DNA from: Candidatus Hodarchaeum mangrovi | Lineage (GTDB): Archaea > Asgardarchaeota > Heimdallarchaeia > Hodarchaeales > Hodarchaeaceae | Reading direction: 5' to 3' | NCBI GenBank assembly: GCA_016839515.1 | Contig: JAEOUE010000227.1 | Location: 1-35,610, forward strand | Length of the DNA: 35,610 nt | Part shown: positions 8,845-18,969 of the stretch, in pieces | Layout of the letters: every line of letters starts with the position of its first letter | Position numbering within the stretch: the first letter of the stretch is position 1 | The notes under the pieces: generated by a model | What the model saw: the letters and a program-made list of their open reading frames with translations, nothing else | The model's database searches: none | What the model was told of the DNA's origin: nothing | Translations under genes and position numbers: made by a program

Positions 8845-9840
8845 CTAATCTCGTAAAGCTCGTCCTGTAAGAGAAATGAAAACATCCTCTAAGGTAGTAT
8901 TACGAATTGCCATATTTTCAATCTCAGCTCCCTTTTCACTCAAATAATTCATAATCCGACTCAAACGAGGCACAATATTTAATGCTCGTAAAACGATCTT
9001 GTCACCTGTAACAAAGACATCCTCCACATTGGTACCACTATTGAATTGCTTAAGTACTTCAGTTATTTGGGTTAAAGTTTCTGAATCTCGTTTTGTAAAG
9101 GTAAATTCAACCAAATCACCCTCACCTATTGAAGCTTTTAATAAACTTGGACGATCTAAGACAAGAATTTCACCATGGTCAATAATAGCTACCCTATCAG
9201 ATAATCGATCAGCTTCTTCCATGTGATGAGTAGTTAGAATGACTGTTTTCCCTTTTTTCGGTAAATTCCGTATGTAATCCCAAACCACAACACGAGACTG
9301 AGGATCTAATCCTGGGGTAGGTTCATCGCAGAGGATAAGCTGAGGATCATGTACTAAGCCCATAATTAAATTTAAACGGCGTCTTAATCCCCCTGAAAGG
9401 TTCTTTGCAAGAGCTTTCCGTTTATCTTCCAACCCCATAGCTTTAATCAATTCATCAATACGTTTTTTGGCTACCCCTTTTTCAATTCGATACGCATCTG
9501 CAATAAACCAAAGGTTTTCTTGGACAGTTAATTCTTGATAAAGAGAAATTTCCTGAGGGATAATGCCAATTAATCGTTTCAGTTGATTTTTATTACCATC
9601 TTTAGGATTCATACCAAAAATCTTAACATTTCCCCGATTAGGTTCAAGTAGTCCTACCATCATCTTAAGGCTTGTAGTTTTTCCAGCCCCATTTGGACCA
9701 AGAAAACCAAAAATTTCTCCTTTTCGCACTTTAAGACTTAATTCTTTTACTGCATCTACACGATTTTCTCCTGACCCAAAACTTTTTGTTAAGTCATTTA
9801 CTTCAATAGCTATATCAGATTCTTGAATTATCTCGTTCAC
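8845..9840 (-). CDS. ABC exporter ATP-binding subunit (DrrA-like)
   Basis: Walker A GPNGAGKTT, LSGG signature, Walker B ILCDEPT, TTHHMEEA, C-terminal TLEDVF; GTG at 9840 after GAGGGA preferred over the ORF-track start at 9957. Confidence 0.93.
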   Translation of the reverse strand: MNEIIQESDIAIEVNDLTKSFGSGENRVDAVKELSLKVRKGEIFGFLGPNGAGKTTSLKMMVGLLEPNRGNVKIFGMNPKDGNKNQLKRLIGIIPQEISLYQELTVQENLWFIADAYRIEKGVAKKRIDELIKAMGLEDKRKALAKNLSGGLRRRLNLIMGLVHDPQLILCDEPTPGLDPQSRVVVWDYIRNLPKKGKTVILTTHHMEEADRLSDRVAIIDHGEILVLDRPSLLKASIGEGDLVEFTFTKRDSETLTQITEVLKQFNSGTNVEDVFVTGDKIVLRALNIVPRLSRIMNYLSEKGAEIENMAIRNTTLEDVFISLTGRALRD

Positions 9841-10373
9841 TTTGTTTCCCTCAAGGATACTAATACTTTCTTCACTAGTTTCTTTGTATTTGATCCATTT
9901 TTTTTCTAACCTTTTATAGTTTAAATTTATGGCTCTCGAAATGGATAGTATTATCATTAAATTGATTTAAAAAACCTTAAAAGTTCATAATTTCGTCAGA
10001 ATAAGTCATTTCAACTAATTCAAGTAAAATTATGATTCTTAAAGGAATTTATTATCTTAAAATTCTAAAGATCAAATTTTTATGTTCTTTTTCACATTTT
10101 GAAATGCAAAATTCAGATTTTAATCACTTAAAATATGTTGAATTCCAATTAAATTAAATTCAATAGGAATTAGAATATAATGACCTGATTGTATCTGATT
10201 AAATAATGTAATCTAATTACTAATACTTAAAAAAAGCCCCATGTCATAATTGCATAATCCTTATAGATTCAATGTCCGATTTAGGCTTTATAAGCTACTC
10301 TAGAGAAAGTTTCCTCGGTAACTATTATAAAAGATGAATATCAAATAAGTAGTTAATTATTAATGGTGAATAA

Positions 10374-10856
10374 ATGCATATAAAAAGATTTCAAGCTCCA
10401 TTTGCTTTTTGCTTGGGAATTTGCTTGGTCATTATGGGATCTACTTCATTTATTACAGCTGATATTTATAGAGCAAGTGTTTATCTTAACATTGTAAATT
10501 CCTATTATATTGATTTGGATGGAGACAACATGGAGGAAGATATTGTCACCTGTTTCAAACTACGAATCAATATAGAAGATTACAATCCAAAAGACCATCC
10601 TTACATGATATATGTTCAAATGAAATTATCATCTGGAAATATATTCTTTTATGAGTTTAAGGTGAACCAGAACCCTTCCGCTCTCTCAAGTATTTACTTC
10701 TATAAACAAACCCTTGAATCAGGATATTATACCTTTCTTATTACTGTAGTAGTCCCTTATGCTAAAAATGAGTATCGAACTGTTTCAGATTCTTTAGTAT
10801 TTGATCCACCAAGTGGAAACAGTGGAATTGAACCCTGTGCAGCATTAATGATATGA
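10374..10856 (+). CDS. Hypothetical secreted protein with a possible Ca-binding loop
   Basis: Signal-peptide-like N-terminus, DLDGDNMEED loop, beta-rich body; GGTGA ribosome-binding site upstream. Confidence 0.7.
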   Translation: MHIKRFQAPFAFCLGICLVIMGSTSFITADIYRASVYLNIVNSYYIDLDGDNMEEDIVTCFKLRINIEDYNPKDHPYMIYVQMKLSSGNIFFYEFKVNQNPSALSSIYFYKQTLESGYYTFLITVVVPYAKNEYRTVSDSLVFDPPSGNSGIEPCAALMI

Positions 10857-10942
10857 TAATATTTGAAGAATACTTTCAATTTAATATAGATTATTGGATA
10901 GATCAAAAATATATTGGTGAATAATTAGGACTGGATTGGTAA

Positions 10943-12046
10943 GTGAAGTTTAGCTCAGAAGATTATGCTATTATTTTGGCTTTAAATCGAGATCCATTTA
11001 TATCTATAACTGAGCTAGCCTCCCTGCTTAATATTTCCAATGAAATTTTAGCTTTAAAAATCTCACAAATGAAAACTGAAGGACTTTTAATCAGACCAGT
11101 GGCTATGTATGAACCTGAACCGTTTGGCTTATCTAGAATTAATATTCTTGCTCTAGTGCCAAGTATTAATGCCTTAAAAGCCTTAGAAAAATTATGTGAC
11201 GAACATCCTTATACACATTATAGAGCAAGAATGTTTGGGGGTACTATAGGAATGTTTATACAATTCGATATCCCAGAAGGTACCCTTGATTTATTAGAAC
11301 ATCTTTTTTCAGAGCTGAAGAATCAAGGATTAATCTCAAAATATACCTTTTATCCTAGTACTGGTATGCGTTTGAGTGTAGATCCTGATCTATCACGCTA
11401 TAATTTCAAGCTTTCATCCTGGAATTTCAATTGGAATGTCTGGTTTGCCACTCTGTCGCCATATCCTCCACAGTTACCATTAAAAATTCCTCCTTTTATT
11501 GATTATGTACATTTTGACCCTATTCGATTAAAAATACTTCGAGTTTTAACTTCAGACGCCTCTATTACGCCAGAAACACTTACATTTATGTTTAATATCT
11601 CTATCACCGAGGCAACCTCTCAACTCCAATTTGTGATGGAGCATTTTATCAGTGATGTTCGTTACCTGTATAATCGTGAAATCTTCGGCTTATCGGAAAC
11701 CATAATTGCTTTTGGACATAATGTGGAACCTCAAAGAGTAAAAAAATTATTTTATGGAATTAAAGATACTCCTCCACCTTTTTACTCCGCATTTGATGTT
11801 CTCAAAGAGGATAATCTTTATTTCTGGGCAACTATGAGCCCAGCTCAGATTGCTGATTTTACTTTTGCAAGCTGGCAAAATATTCCTAACTTTAAAACTC
11901 ATATCTTGGATATAAAGAGTTCCATGCTATATTGCTTTTATCCAACTAACTTTGATTTTGAAAAACGTACATGGAAGGATTCAAATAGCTATATTGTAAA
12001 AACCCCCTTATTAAAATTACAAAATTTTCTTTCAATCCAAGAATAG
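10943..12046 (+). CDS. Tandem (two-repeat) Lrp/AsnC-like wHTH protein
   Basis: HTH1 DYAIILALNRDPFISITELASLLNIS; HTH2 DPIRLKILRVLTSDASITPETLTFMFNIS; each followed by a RAM-like domain. Confidence 0.75.
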   Translation: MKFSSEDYAIILALNRDPFISITELASLLNISNEILALKISQMKTEGLLIRPVAMYEPEPFGLSRINILALVPSINALKALEKLCDEHPYTHYRARMFGGTIGMFIQFDIPEGTLDLLEHLFSELKNQGLISKYTFYPSTGMRLSVDPDLSRYNFKLSSWNFNWNVWFATLSPYPPQLPLKIPPFIDYVHFDPIRLKILRVLTSDASITPETLTFMFNISITEATSQLQFVMEHFISDVRYLYNREIFGLSETIIAFGHNVEPQRVKKLFYGIKDTPPPFYSAFDVLKEDNLYFWATMSPAQIADFTFASWQNIPNFKTHILDIKSSMLYCFYPTNFDFEKRTWKDSNSYIVKTPLLKLQNFLSIQE

Positions 12047-12134
12047 ATAAATATTAATAATAAAATTTTGATTAAAAATCTTATTTTTTACCATGGAGGA
12101 TTCAACTTACCTAGATTTTTGAAGGAAGAAGCAA

Positions 12135-13679
12135 ATGAAAACTAATGATCAAGGCAATTCAAATCAGCGAATCTTCCAAAACAATAATGATAAAAAATTA
12201 AGTGATTATGAAAACCTAGACTTTTTCAGGATTTTAGATGTATTAATAGATCCAATTTGTATAGTTAATGAAAAGCTGAAAGTTGTTTATACAAATAAAT
12301 CGTTTGACCTTTGGCATAGAGAGGAGGATAAATCTAACCAGAGCGTTGATCAATCTCTTGTTAAGATCTGCCCACTTCTAACTGAAGAAATGATTGAGGA
12401 ATACTATAAAATATTTCAAAATGGAAAACCAATTATAAATAATGAAATATATAATCCGAAAGATAGCAATTACTATTCTATGGATCGAATTCCTCTTTTT
12501 AGTCAAGATAAGCAGTTCCCAATCAGCATTCTTACCATTTATCGCAAAATAACTTATTTTAGGGAAACTTATAACGCATTGAAGGCATCTGAAGAAAATT
12601 ATAAGGGAATGGTTGAGGCTCTTAAAGATAGTGAAGAAAAATTTCGACGATTGATAACTACTATGGGAGAAGGAGTTTGGGTAGCAGATTTAGATCTTAA
12701 TACTATTTTTATTAATCCTGCTTTAGTTAAAATCCTAGGATACACAGAACGAGAACTTATGGCTACAAAATTAATAGAATTTATGATTCCTGAATCCCAA
12801 TCAAAATTCACATCAGTAATTCAACAACAAAGAGAAGATAATTTTTCCCCCATAACATATGAAATTATTTTTAAACATCGAAAACACAATTTATTAATTA
12901 CCAAAGTTGTAGGATCTGTATTAACAGATTCAAAAGATAGAATTCTTGGATTTTTTGGTGTAATATCTGATATAACCAAGGAAAGACAATATCAAGAACT
13001 ACAGGAACGGTTTATTGCAACTACAAGTCATGAATTACGAACACCTTTAACAGTTATCAAAGGTTATTTGGAATTATTACAAAATGGTGAATATTCTCCC
13101 CAAGAAGACCTATCTATGATAATTCAGGTCATGTGGAGGAATAGTCAACGATTAGAGCGGCTGGTAAATGCTGTTCATGATTTATCTACTATTAGAGCAA
13201 AAATTTTCTCTATTTCCCCAAAAGAATTAATACTAGAGAATTTCATTGTAGAATTAGAAAGCCATTTACGAGTTTTATTTCCACACCGAGTTTTTATCAT
13301 TAATAAACATCTTCATGATGATGAGTGGAAAGTCTATTTTGATGATGATAGAATAAAACAAGTTATTGAAAATCTCATTGATAATGCTGATAAACACTCA
13401 CCCCCAGACGCCATTATTAATATCTTTATTTCCAGCACAGAGGAAGGAACTGTCTTTAGTGTTCAAGATTACGGTGTTGGAATCTCGAATAAAAACTTGT
13501 TTCAATTATTTCAACCATTTTCAACTATACCAAGTAAATATTCACAGAAAGGAACAGGATTGGGCTTATACATAATTAGAGAGATTGTCAATGCTCACAA
13601 CGGATCGGTGGATGTTTCAAGTAAAGAAGGAGAAGGAACTATATTTTCTGTGACTATTCCAAATTATGTAAAGAAGTAA
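12135..13679 (+). CDS. Cytoplasmic PAS-domain sensor histidine kinase
   Basis: Two PAS domains; H-box SHELRTPL, N-box ENLIDNADKH, G1 DYGVGI, F LFQPF, G2 GTGLGL. Confidence 0.95.
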   Translation: MKTNDQGNSNQRIFQNNNDKKLSDYENLDFFRILDVLIDPICIVNEKLKVVYTNKSFDLWHREEDKSNQSVDQSLVKICPLLTEEMIEEYYKIFQNGKPIINNEIYNPKDSNYYSMDRIPLFSQDKQFPISILTIYRKITYFRETYNALKASEENYKGMVEALKDSEEKFRRLITTMGEGVWVADLDLNTIFINPALVKILGYTERELMATKLIEFMIPESQSKFTSVIQQQREDNFSPITYEIIFKHRKHNLLITKVVGSVLTDSKDRILGFFGVISDITKERQYQELQERFIATTSHELRTPLTVIKGYLELLQNGEYSPQEDLSMIIQVMWRNSQRLERLVNAVHDLSTIRAKIFSISPKELILENFIVELESHLRVLFPHRVFIINKHLHDDEWKVYFDDDRIKQVIENLIDNADKHSPPDAIINIFISSTEEGTVFSVQDYGVGISNKNLFQLFQPFSTIPSKYSQKGTGLGLYIIREIVNAHNGSVDVSSKEGEGTIFSVTIPNYVKK

Positions 13680-13684
13680 ATACT

Positions 13685-14221
13685 CTAAGTAAAATTCCAG
13701 AGAATATCTTTAGGAGGGGGTCTCTGCTCAGTCTCAATAATTGTAGAAATGATTCCCCCATGTTCAATAGAAGACAAACAAATCATAGTTCGTGTCCGAA
13801 AAACCCCTTTAATTTGGGTTATTTCGATAAGATTCGCTTCTAAGGAATCTATATTGCGGGTACGCATTTTTATAAGTACATCATCGTCTCCTGTGATGTG
13901 ATGTATTTCTAAAATTTCTAATTCATTCACTCGTTTTAGAAGTTCCGAATATGTACCACTCCAAGCACGACGAGACCGATCAAGCTTTAAAAGGATAAAA
14001 GCTACTATTTCTTTTCCAAGTTTCTTTTCGTCTGTAATGATGGTATAACCAAGAATAATATGATTTTCTTCTAGTGTTTTAATACGTTTCTGAACCGTGG
14101 GTCTGGAAATATTTAGCTCTTGAGCAATATTTTCTTGTGAAATTCGGCAATCGGCTTTAAGAAGCTCAACAATGCGTTTATCTTTCCAATCTGGAATAAA
14201 TAAAGGTTGTGATTTTTCCAT
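13685..14221 (-). CDS. Lrp/AsnC family transcriptional regulator
   Basis: DKRIVELLKADCRISQENIAQELNISRPTVQKRIKTLEE HTH; IHHITGDDDVLIK RAM motif. Confidence 0.95.
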   Translation of the reverse strand: MEKSQPLFIPDWKDKRIVELLKADCRISQENIAQELNISRPTVQKRIKTLEENHIILGYTIITDEKKLGKEIVAFILLKLDRSRRAWSGTYSELLKRVNELEILEIHHITGDDDVLIKMRTRNIDSLEANLIEITQIKGVFRTRTMICLSSIEHGGIISTIIETEQRPPPKDILWNFT

Positions 14222-14230
14222 AATAATTCC

Positions 14231-14246
14231 TTTACCATATTGTAAA
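14231..14246. promoter_or_regulatory. Near-perfect 16-bp palindrome, candidate Lrp operator
   Basis: TTTACCATATTGTAAA (one mismatched pair) in the lrp/aminotransferase divergent intergenic region. Confidence 0.45.
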
Positions 14247-14324
14247 AAATATTTTGAAAATCTTTCATGTTTGCTATCAATAATATTTTATTTATTACAT
14301 TTACTTTAAAATTGGTGAACTTCA

Positions 14325-15611
14325 TTGACGATTGGCAAAAGTCAAAATTCATTTTATGATAATAAAAAAAATCTCGCAGAATGGGTTAATCGAATCCCAG
14401 AAAGTGAAATTAGACGCTTACTTCGCTTCACACCTCAATATTATTTTGCAGGAGGCAAACCAGGAGTAATACCTCTTCGAATTTTTCATACAATCATACA
14501 GGAGATAATTGAGGAAGAAAAACAATTTCTAACTGATAATAATCCCAATTATTTGGTTAATTATAATTATGGGGCAACGGAAGGAAATAAAACTTTGAGA
14601 AAAGTATTAGCAAATCGCTTGAAACAAAGAGATGGATTAAAGAATATTTCAGAGAATGATGTTGTTTTAACGAATGGTTCTCAACAAGCTTTGTATGGAT
14701 TATGCGATATCATCCTATCCCCTGGGGATATTATTCTTACTACGCGTCCAACTTATTTAGGGTTTCTTCAACCAGCGGAAAAGCTCAAGGGGCAAATTTT
14801 AACCATCCCATCGGACTTTGAAGGGATAATCCCGGAATTTATCCCTTTGGCCTTCCGTGCGTGTAAAAAAAATGGTCATAAACCAAAAATGTTGTATTTA
14901 GTCCCTTATTCTGATAATCCAAAGGGAACTACTCTTCCAGAAAGGCGAAAAAGAGCAATAATTGATTATGCTTTTGAATATGACTTTCTCCTCGTTGAAG
15001 ATATGGCCTATAAAGAAATACAATTTGACTCAACAAATCTTTCCCCTATGAAACGTTTTGATCCTGATAACGAACGAATTGTATACATTTCAACAACAAC
15101 GAAAGAAGCAGCAGCTTTTCGAATTGGTTACAGTATTTTTCCATCCTCAATTCGTGATGAAATTATAAAGGCCAAAGGAATTTATGATTTATGTTCTTCT
15201 GAATGGGTTCAAGCTATTCTCACCAAGTATTATTCAGGATTTATTGATCAAGCTCTCCCCAGTATTAGGAATGAATACCAACAACGAAGAGACGCAATGC
15301 TTCAGGCTTGTAATGAAAATCTTGAGGGAAAATTTAGCAATCCTACAGGTGGATTTTTTGTATGGTTCGAATCAGCAAATTCCACTTTTAATAGTGCTAC
15401 ATTCATTGAAATAGCACTTAAAAACGATATTTCCTATGTCCCAGGTAAAGCATTTTTTCCATTGAAGGGATTAGATCTACATGAAGATGGTAAACTTTTT
15501 GCTTCGGTTCCCCAGCTCAATACAATGCGATTAGGTTATTCGTTACTTCCTCCAGAGTTGATATATAAAGGGATAGGACATTTAGGAAATCTTCTTAAAA
15601 ATCTCAAATAG
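14325..15611 (+). CDS. PLP-dependent aminotransferase class I/II (2-aminoadipate/aromatic transaminase-like)
   Basis: FAGGKP, YGATEG, TNGSQQAL, PTYLG, DNPKG, VEDMAY, STTTK...RIGY, PTGGFFVW, YVPGKAFF, MRLGYS; TTG start after GGTGA. Confidence 0.92.
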   Translation: MTIGKSQNSFYDNKKNLAEWVNRIPESEIRRLLRFTPQYYFAGGKPGVIPLRIFHTIIQEIIEEEKQFLTDNNPNYLVNYNYGATEGNKTLRKVLANRLKQRDGLKNISENDVVLTNGSQQALYGLCDIILSPGDIILTTRPTYLGFLQPAEKLKGQILTIPSDFEGIIPEFIPLAFRACKKNGHKPKMLYLVPYSDNPKGTTLPERRKRAIIDYAFEYDFLLVEDMAYKEIQFDSTNLSPMKRFDPDNERIVYISTTTKEAAAFRIGYSIFPSSIRDEIIKAKGIYDLCSSEWVQAILTKYYSGFIDQALPSIRNEYQQRRDAMLQACNENLEGKFSNPTGGFFVWFESANSTFNSATFIEIALKNDISYVPGKAFFPLKGLDLHEDGKLFASVPQLNTMRLGYSLLPPELIYKGIGHLGNLLKNLK

Positions 15612-15763
15612 TGTCTTTTATGACTCCTTTACCAAGATTACTTCAATTATTTTTACTCAAAAATCATATCTAAAAAATTCTGTATAAACACATTGCTTGA
15701 TATTCTCGGTCTGTGATGACGAAAAATATTAATTGTTATCACCATGGAATTTCAATGAAGTAA

Positions 15764-17266
15764 ATGATAAACATATACAGACAGATTAGCGAATTTACTG
15801 AACGAGGAGAATTTTCTGCTTTAATCAATTTCTTAATTGATACACTTAGTTCTCCTACATCGATTTATGCACAAAACTTTCTAAAATATCATTTAGCTGA
15901 AGCGTATTATGAAAACCGAGAGTTTACAAAGGCTCTTCAGACAGCTGAAGACGCACTAAACAGTCTTCCTTCAATTAATGACCTTAATCTTAAAGGAAAT
16001 CTTGAAAATTTACTAGGAAAGATTTATCGTATTCATCAAAGATATGAAGAAGCCTTATCTCATTATACAAATGCATTTATCACTTTTAAAAAGACTAAAA
16101 ACGACCATGGTTTAGCTAAAGTCTTTCATAATATTGGTAATGTTTATATCCTTACGGAACATTTCAAGAAAGCCAAAAATTATCATGAGAAGGCATTAAA
16201 CCTCGCAATTAAGTATAATGACAAAGGAAGTATAGCTAGCTCTTATTTAAATCTAGGCTCTCTAGAATATCAACAGGGGGAAATTGATAACGCAATCGAA
16301 TATCTAACAAAATCATACACTATATTTGAGCAACTCGGGGATAAACCAAGCTTAGCAGCTGTTAATTTAAATTTGAGTGAAGCTTTCTATGTTAGGAGGG
16401 ATCTAAAAAAATCTGAAGAACATAATCGTGCTGCTTTAACTCTTTATGAATCTCAAGACCATAAAATTGGAATTAAAACAGTTTTAATGACCCGAGCCCG
16501 TATTCAAAAGTTCCAACAAGCTTTTCCGAATGCTATCAGGACCTTAAAGAAGGTTCGTGATCTAGATCCATTAAATGAAGTAGTTCTTTTAGATCTTGGT
16601 GAGTGTCATGAGCTTCAAAATCAATCTGAGGAAGCTCTAGAAGTGTATGAGGAAATTTTAACACTAGAAAATCTAAGTACCAAAGGAGAGATTATTTCTC
16701 ATGATTATCTAGGACGATTTACTCTAGAACAGCAGAAATATTTAGAAGCGCTCTCTCATTTTAAATCGGTATTAAAAGCACTTGAAAAAACAACTCCACC
16801 TGATATGGGAAGTATTCTTGCAACAAAAGGGAATATTGGAATAACCCATCTACATCTCAAACAATATAATAAGTCATTGACACTATTAAACCAAATTCAT
16901 GACCAATTTCTCAAATCCAAAGAATATGAAGAACTCATTACGCTTGAAGATAACTATATTTCAATCTTAATCCAGAATGGAGAAAATTTATTAGCCCTCC
17001 CCATCCTCACAGAAAAAATACTCCCTATTTTTAAAAAAATAAAAGATAGGATAAGAGAAATGCAATATACCTATCAATTGTGTTTCATTATCTTTTTGAA
17101 TGGTGAAGAGAATAGAAGTAAAGAATTATGGCAAAAATCAGCAAAGATAGGGGACAGTCTACCAATTCCTCCAGTAATACAAAACCCTATTTTATCTGAA
17201 GTAGATCGACTGAATTTAACTAAAAGAAATGATGAATTTGTTGTATTTCTTCGTGATAAATCATGA
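15764..17266 (+). CDS. Tetratricopeptide repeat protein
   Basis: Repeated NLLGKIY/HNIGNVY/LNLGSLE...A..Y..A TPR units. Confidence 0.9.
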   Translation: MINIYRQISEFTERGEFSALINFLIDTLSSPTSIYAQNFLKYHLAEAYYENREFTKALQTAEDALNSLPSINDLNLKGNLENLLGKIYRIHQRYEEALSHYTNAFITFKKTKNDHGLAKVFHNIGNVYILTEHFKKAKNYHEKALNLAIKYNDKGSIASSYLNLGSLEYQQGEIDNAIEYLTKSYTIFEQLGDKPSLAAVNLNLSEAFYVRRDLKKSEEHNRAALTLYESQDHKIGIKTVLMTRARIQKFQQAFPNAIRTLKKVRDLDPLNEVVLLDLGECHELQNQSEEALEVYEEILTLENLSTKGEIISHDYLGRFTLEQQKYLEALSHFKSVLKALEKTTPPDMGSILATKGNIGITHLHLKQYNKSLTLLNQIHDQFLKSKEYEELITLEDNYISILIQNGENLLALPILTEKILPIFKKIKDRIREMQYTYQLCFIIFLNGEENRSKELWQKSAKIGDSLPIPPVIQNPILSEVDRLNLTKRNDEFVVFLRDKS

Positions 17267-17859
17267 CTTCCCATAAAAACCTTTCAAGGCGAATCCTTGG
17301 TCCGTATCGTCTGTCTCATCATCCTTTATGCGAAAATTTTAATTCTCATGTCTATTATTTTAAAAGAAATAAAATTTGTCGTGGTTGTACAATGCAATAC
17401 TTAGGAATATTTGTTGCATTTTTAATAATCGTTTTAGAAAACCTTTTTGATGTGGTATCACTTTCATCCGATGTTCAAATTGGAGTTTTATTATATCTCT
17501 TAATTATTCCCACAATAATAACAACTTTTCTAGTTAAAAACCGAAAAATGAAAGATTTAAGCCGATTTCTATTAGGAATGTCCTTTACCATCGCATTTCT
17601 TCTATTAATATTCGGTCCCAATCTTTTAATTAAGGTATGGATTCTAATTAACTTTGTTCTTGGTTATTTATACCTAAATAAACGACGTGCGGATCAAAAT
17701 GAACAGGTATGCCAGCAATGTAGGGAATACCCCACCCGACCTTATTGTAGTGGTTACCAAATTTATGCGGAACGAGAAGAATTAGTACGAACCCAAATCC
17801 ATCTTGGAGGAGTCAAAGATCCTTTTTCTCTTCCTCCTGACCAACTCGATCAACGATAA
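17263..17859 (+). CDS. Membrane protein with Cys/His metal-binding motifs (DUF2085-like)
   Basis: HHPLC...H...CRGC before about 4 TM helices, CQQC...C after them; ATGA overlap with the TPR gene. Confidence 0.7.
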   Translation: MTSHKNLSRRILGPYRLSHHPLCENFNSHVYYFKRNKICRGCTMQYLGIFVAFLIIVLENLFDVVSLSSDVQIGVLLYLLIIPTIITTFLVKNRKMKDLSRFLLGMSFTIAFLLLIFGPNLLIKVWILINFVLGYLYLNKRRADQNEQVCQQCREYPTRPYCSGYQIYAEREELVRTQIHLGGVKDPFSLPPDQLDQR

Positions 17860-17896
17860 TTTAAGAATTTAAAGAAATTTAGTGATTTCTAATCTC

Positions 17897-18229
17897 TCAT
17901 CTATCTTTAATAACCATGGTACCTGCAACATAATCACCAAGATGTCTACGGTCTCCTGTAACACAGAGTAGACAGGGACACCAGTCACAACAGAATCGTA
18001 CACACGAGTCTGTAACTGTTGCACTCTGACGTGTACCATATTTGACAACACGGAGTCCCATCATTCCTTTACCAAAGGATCTTCCATCACGTATCCCATC
18101 CTTCCAACAGGGGTATAAAATACAAGCGAGACCACAGCCAGACAAAAAACCATCGATAACATACGCTATACATCGGTCACATAGGGGTGCAGGTTTATGA
18201 CGAACAAGAGTACGAGACATTTTTTCCAT
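17897..18229 (-). CDS. Small Cys-rich RDD family protein
   Basis: R..AY.ID, GRSFGKGMMGLRVV, RHLGDYVAGTMV RDD motifs; 11 Cys in 110 aa. Confidence 0.85.
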   Translation of the reverse strand: MEKMSRTLVRHKPAPLCDRCIAYVIDGFLSGCGLACILYPCWKDGIRDGRSFGKGMMGLRVVKYGTRQSATVTDSCVRFCCDWCPCLLCVTGDRRHLGDYVAGTMVIKDR

Positions 18230-18413
18230 TCTTCCTCAATAAGAGCGGGATAATTCAGAAACATCCTTCTAATATAAAGTTTTAGAATCCCTTTCACAAA
18301 AATTATATGCTTTTTTGATATTATACTTTGAATATAATCTAAAAATACAAGGATAGTGACCTGCAAATAAGAGAAATGTGTTTATATAACATTTTATACT
18401 AATTTAAGGTAAT

Positions 18414-18962
18414 TTAACCTTTAAGAAATTTCTTTTGTCCTACAGGAATGGGAATAGACAAAATATTCTCTGAAGGAACTAAAATACAACTATATTTAGG
18501 ATTATATGCACAAAATGGGTTATAGGCCATATTAAAATCCAATTTATATAAATCGGAGCCTACTGGATCAATATTAAGATATCTTCCACCTCCATAAGTG
18601 TCTATTCCAGTGGTGGCATCCTTAAATGGAACAAGAATGTATTCTGAGTCTGGTAATTTGAATGCAGTTAATTGAAAAGTCTTCCCTTGCACTTGAAATT
18701 CAAAATATCCAAGGCGGATATATTTCCTTTCATCCCCCTTAGACGCTTCCATTATGATTTCATGTGGATGGTCAAATCGATGCAGTTTTGATATAAAATG
18801 ATATTCCTCATTAACTGGATAATAATCTAGCCCTTGGAAAACCTTTTTTTGATCTTTTGTGAGAGGAGAGTCTTCAGAATGCTTAAAGTACTTATTAATT
18901 TGTTCCCGAGCTTCTAAAATATATGTTTCAAAAGGTTTAGAAGTCATAATACTTTCCTTCAT
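18414..18962 (-). CDS. DUF1684 family protein
   Basis: SPL...F.GLDYYP, VPFKDATTGIDTYGGGRYL, LDFNMAYNPFCAYNPKYSC. Confidence 0.93.
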   Translation of the reverse strand: MKESIMTSKPFETYILEAREQINKYFKHSEDSPLTKDQKKVFQGLDYYPVNEEYHFISKLHRFDHPHEIIMEASKGDERKYIRLGYFEFQVQGKTFQLTAFKLPDSEYILVPFKDATTGIDTYGGGRYLNIDPVGSDLYKLDFNMAYNPFCAYNPKYSCILVPSENILSIPIPVGQKKFLKG

Positions 18963-18969
18963 TTAATGA

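Noticed and set aside
10943-12046. Fused siroheme decarboxylase (AhbAB/NirDL)
   Set aside because: Similar fold family and HPYTHYRAR is loosely similar, but the HxYxR motif is not matched, is absent from repeat 2, and no heme genes are nearby
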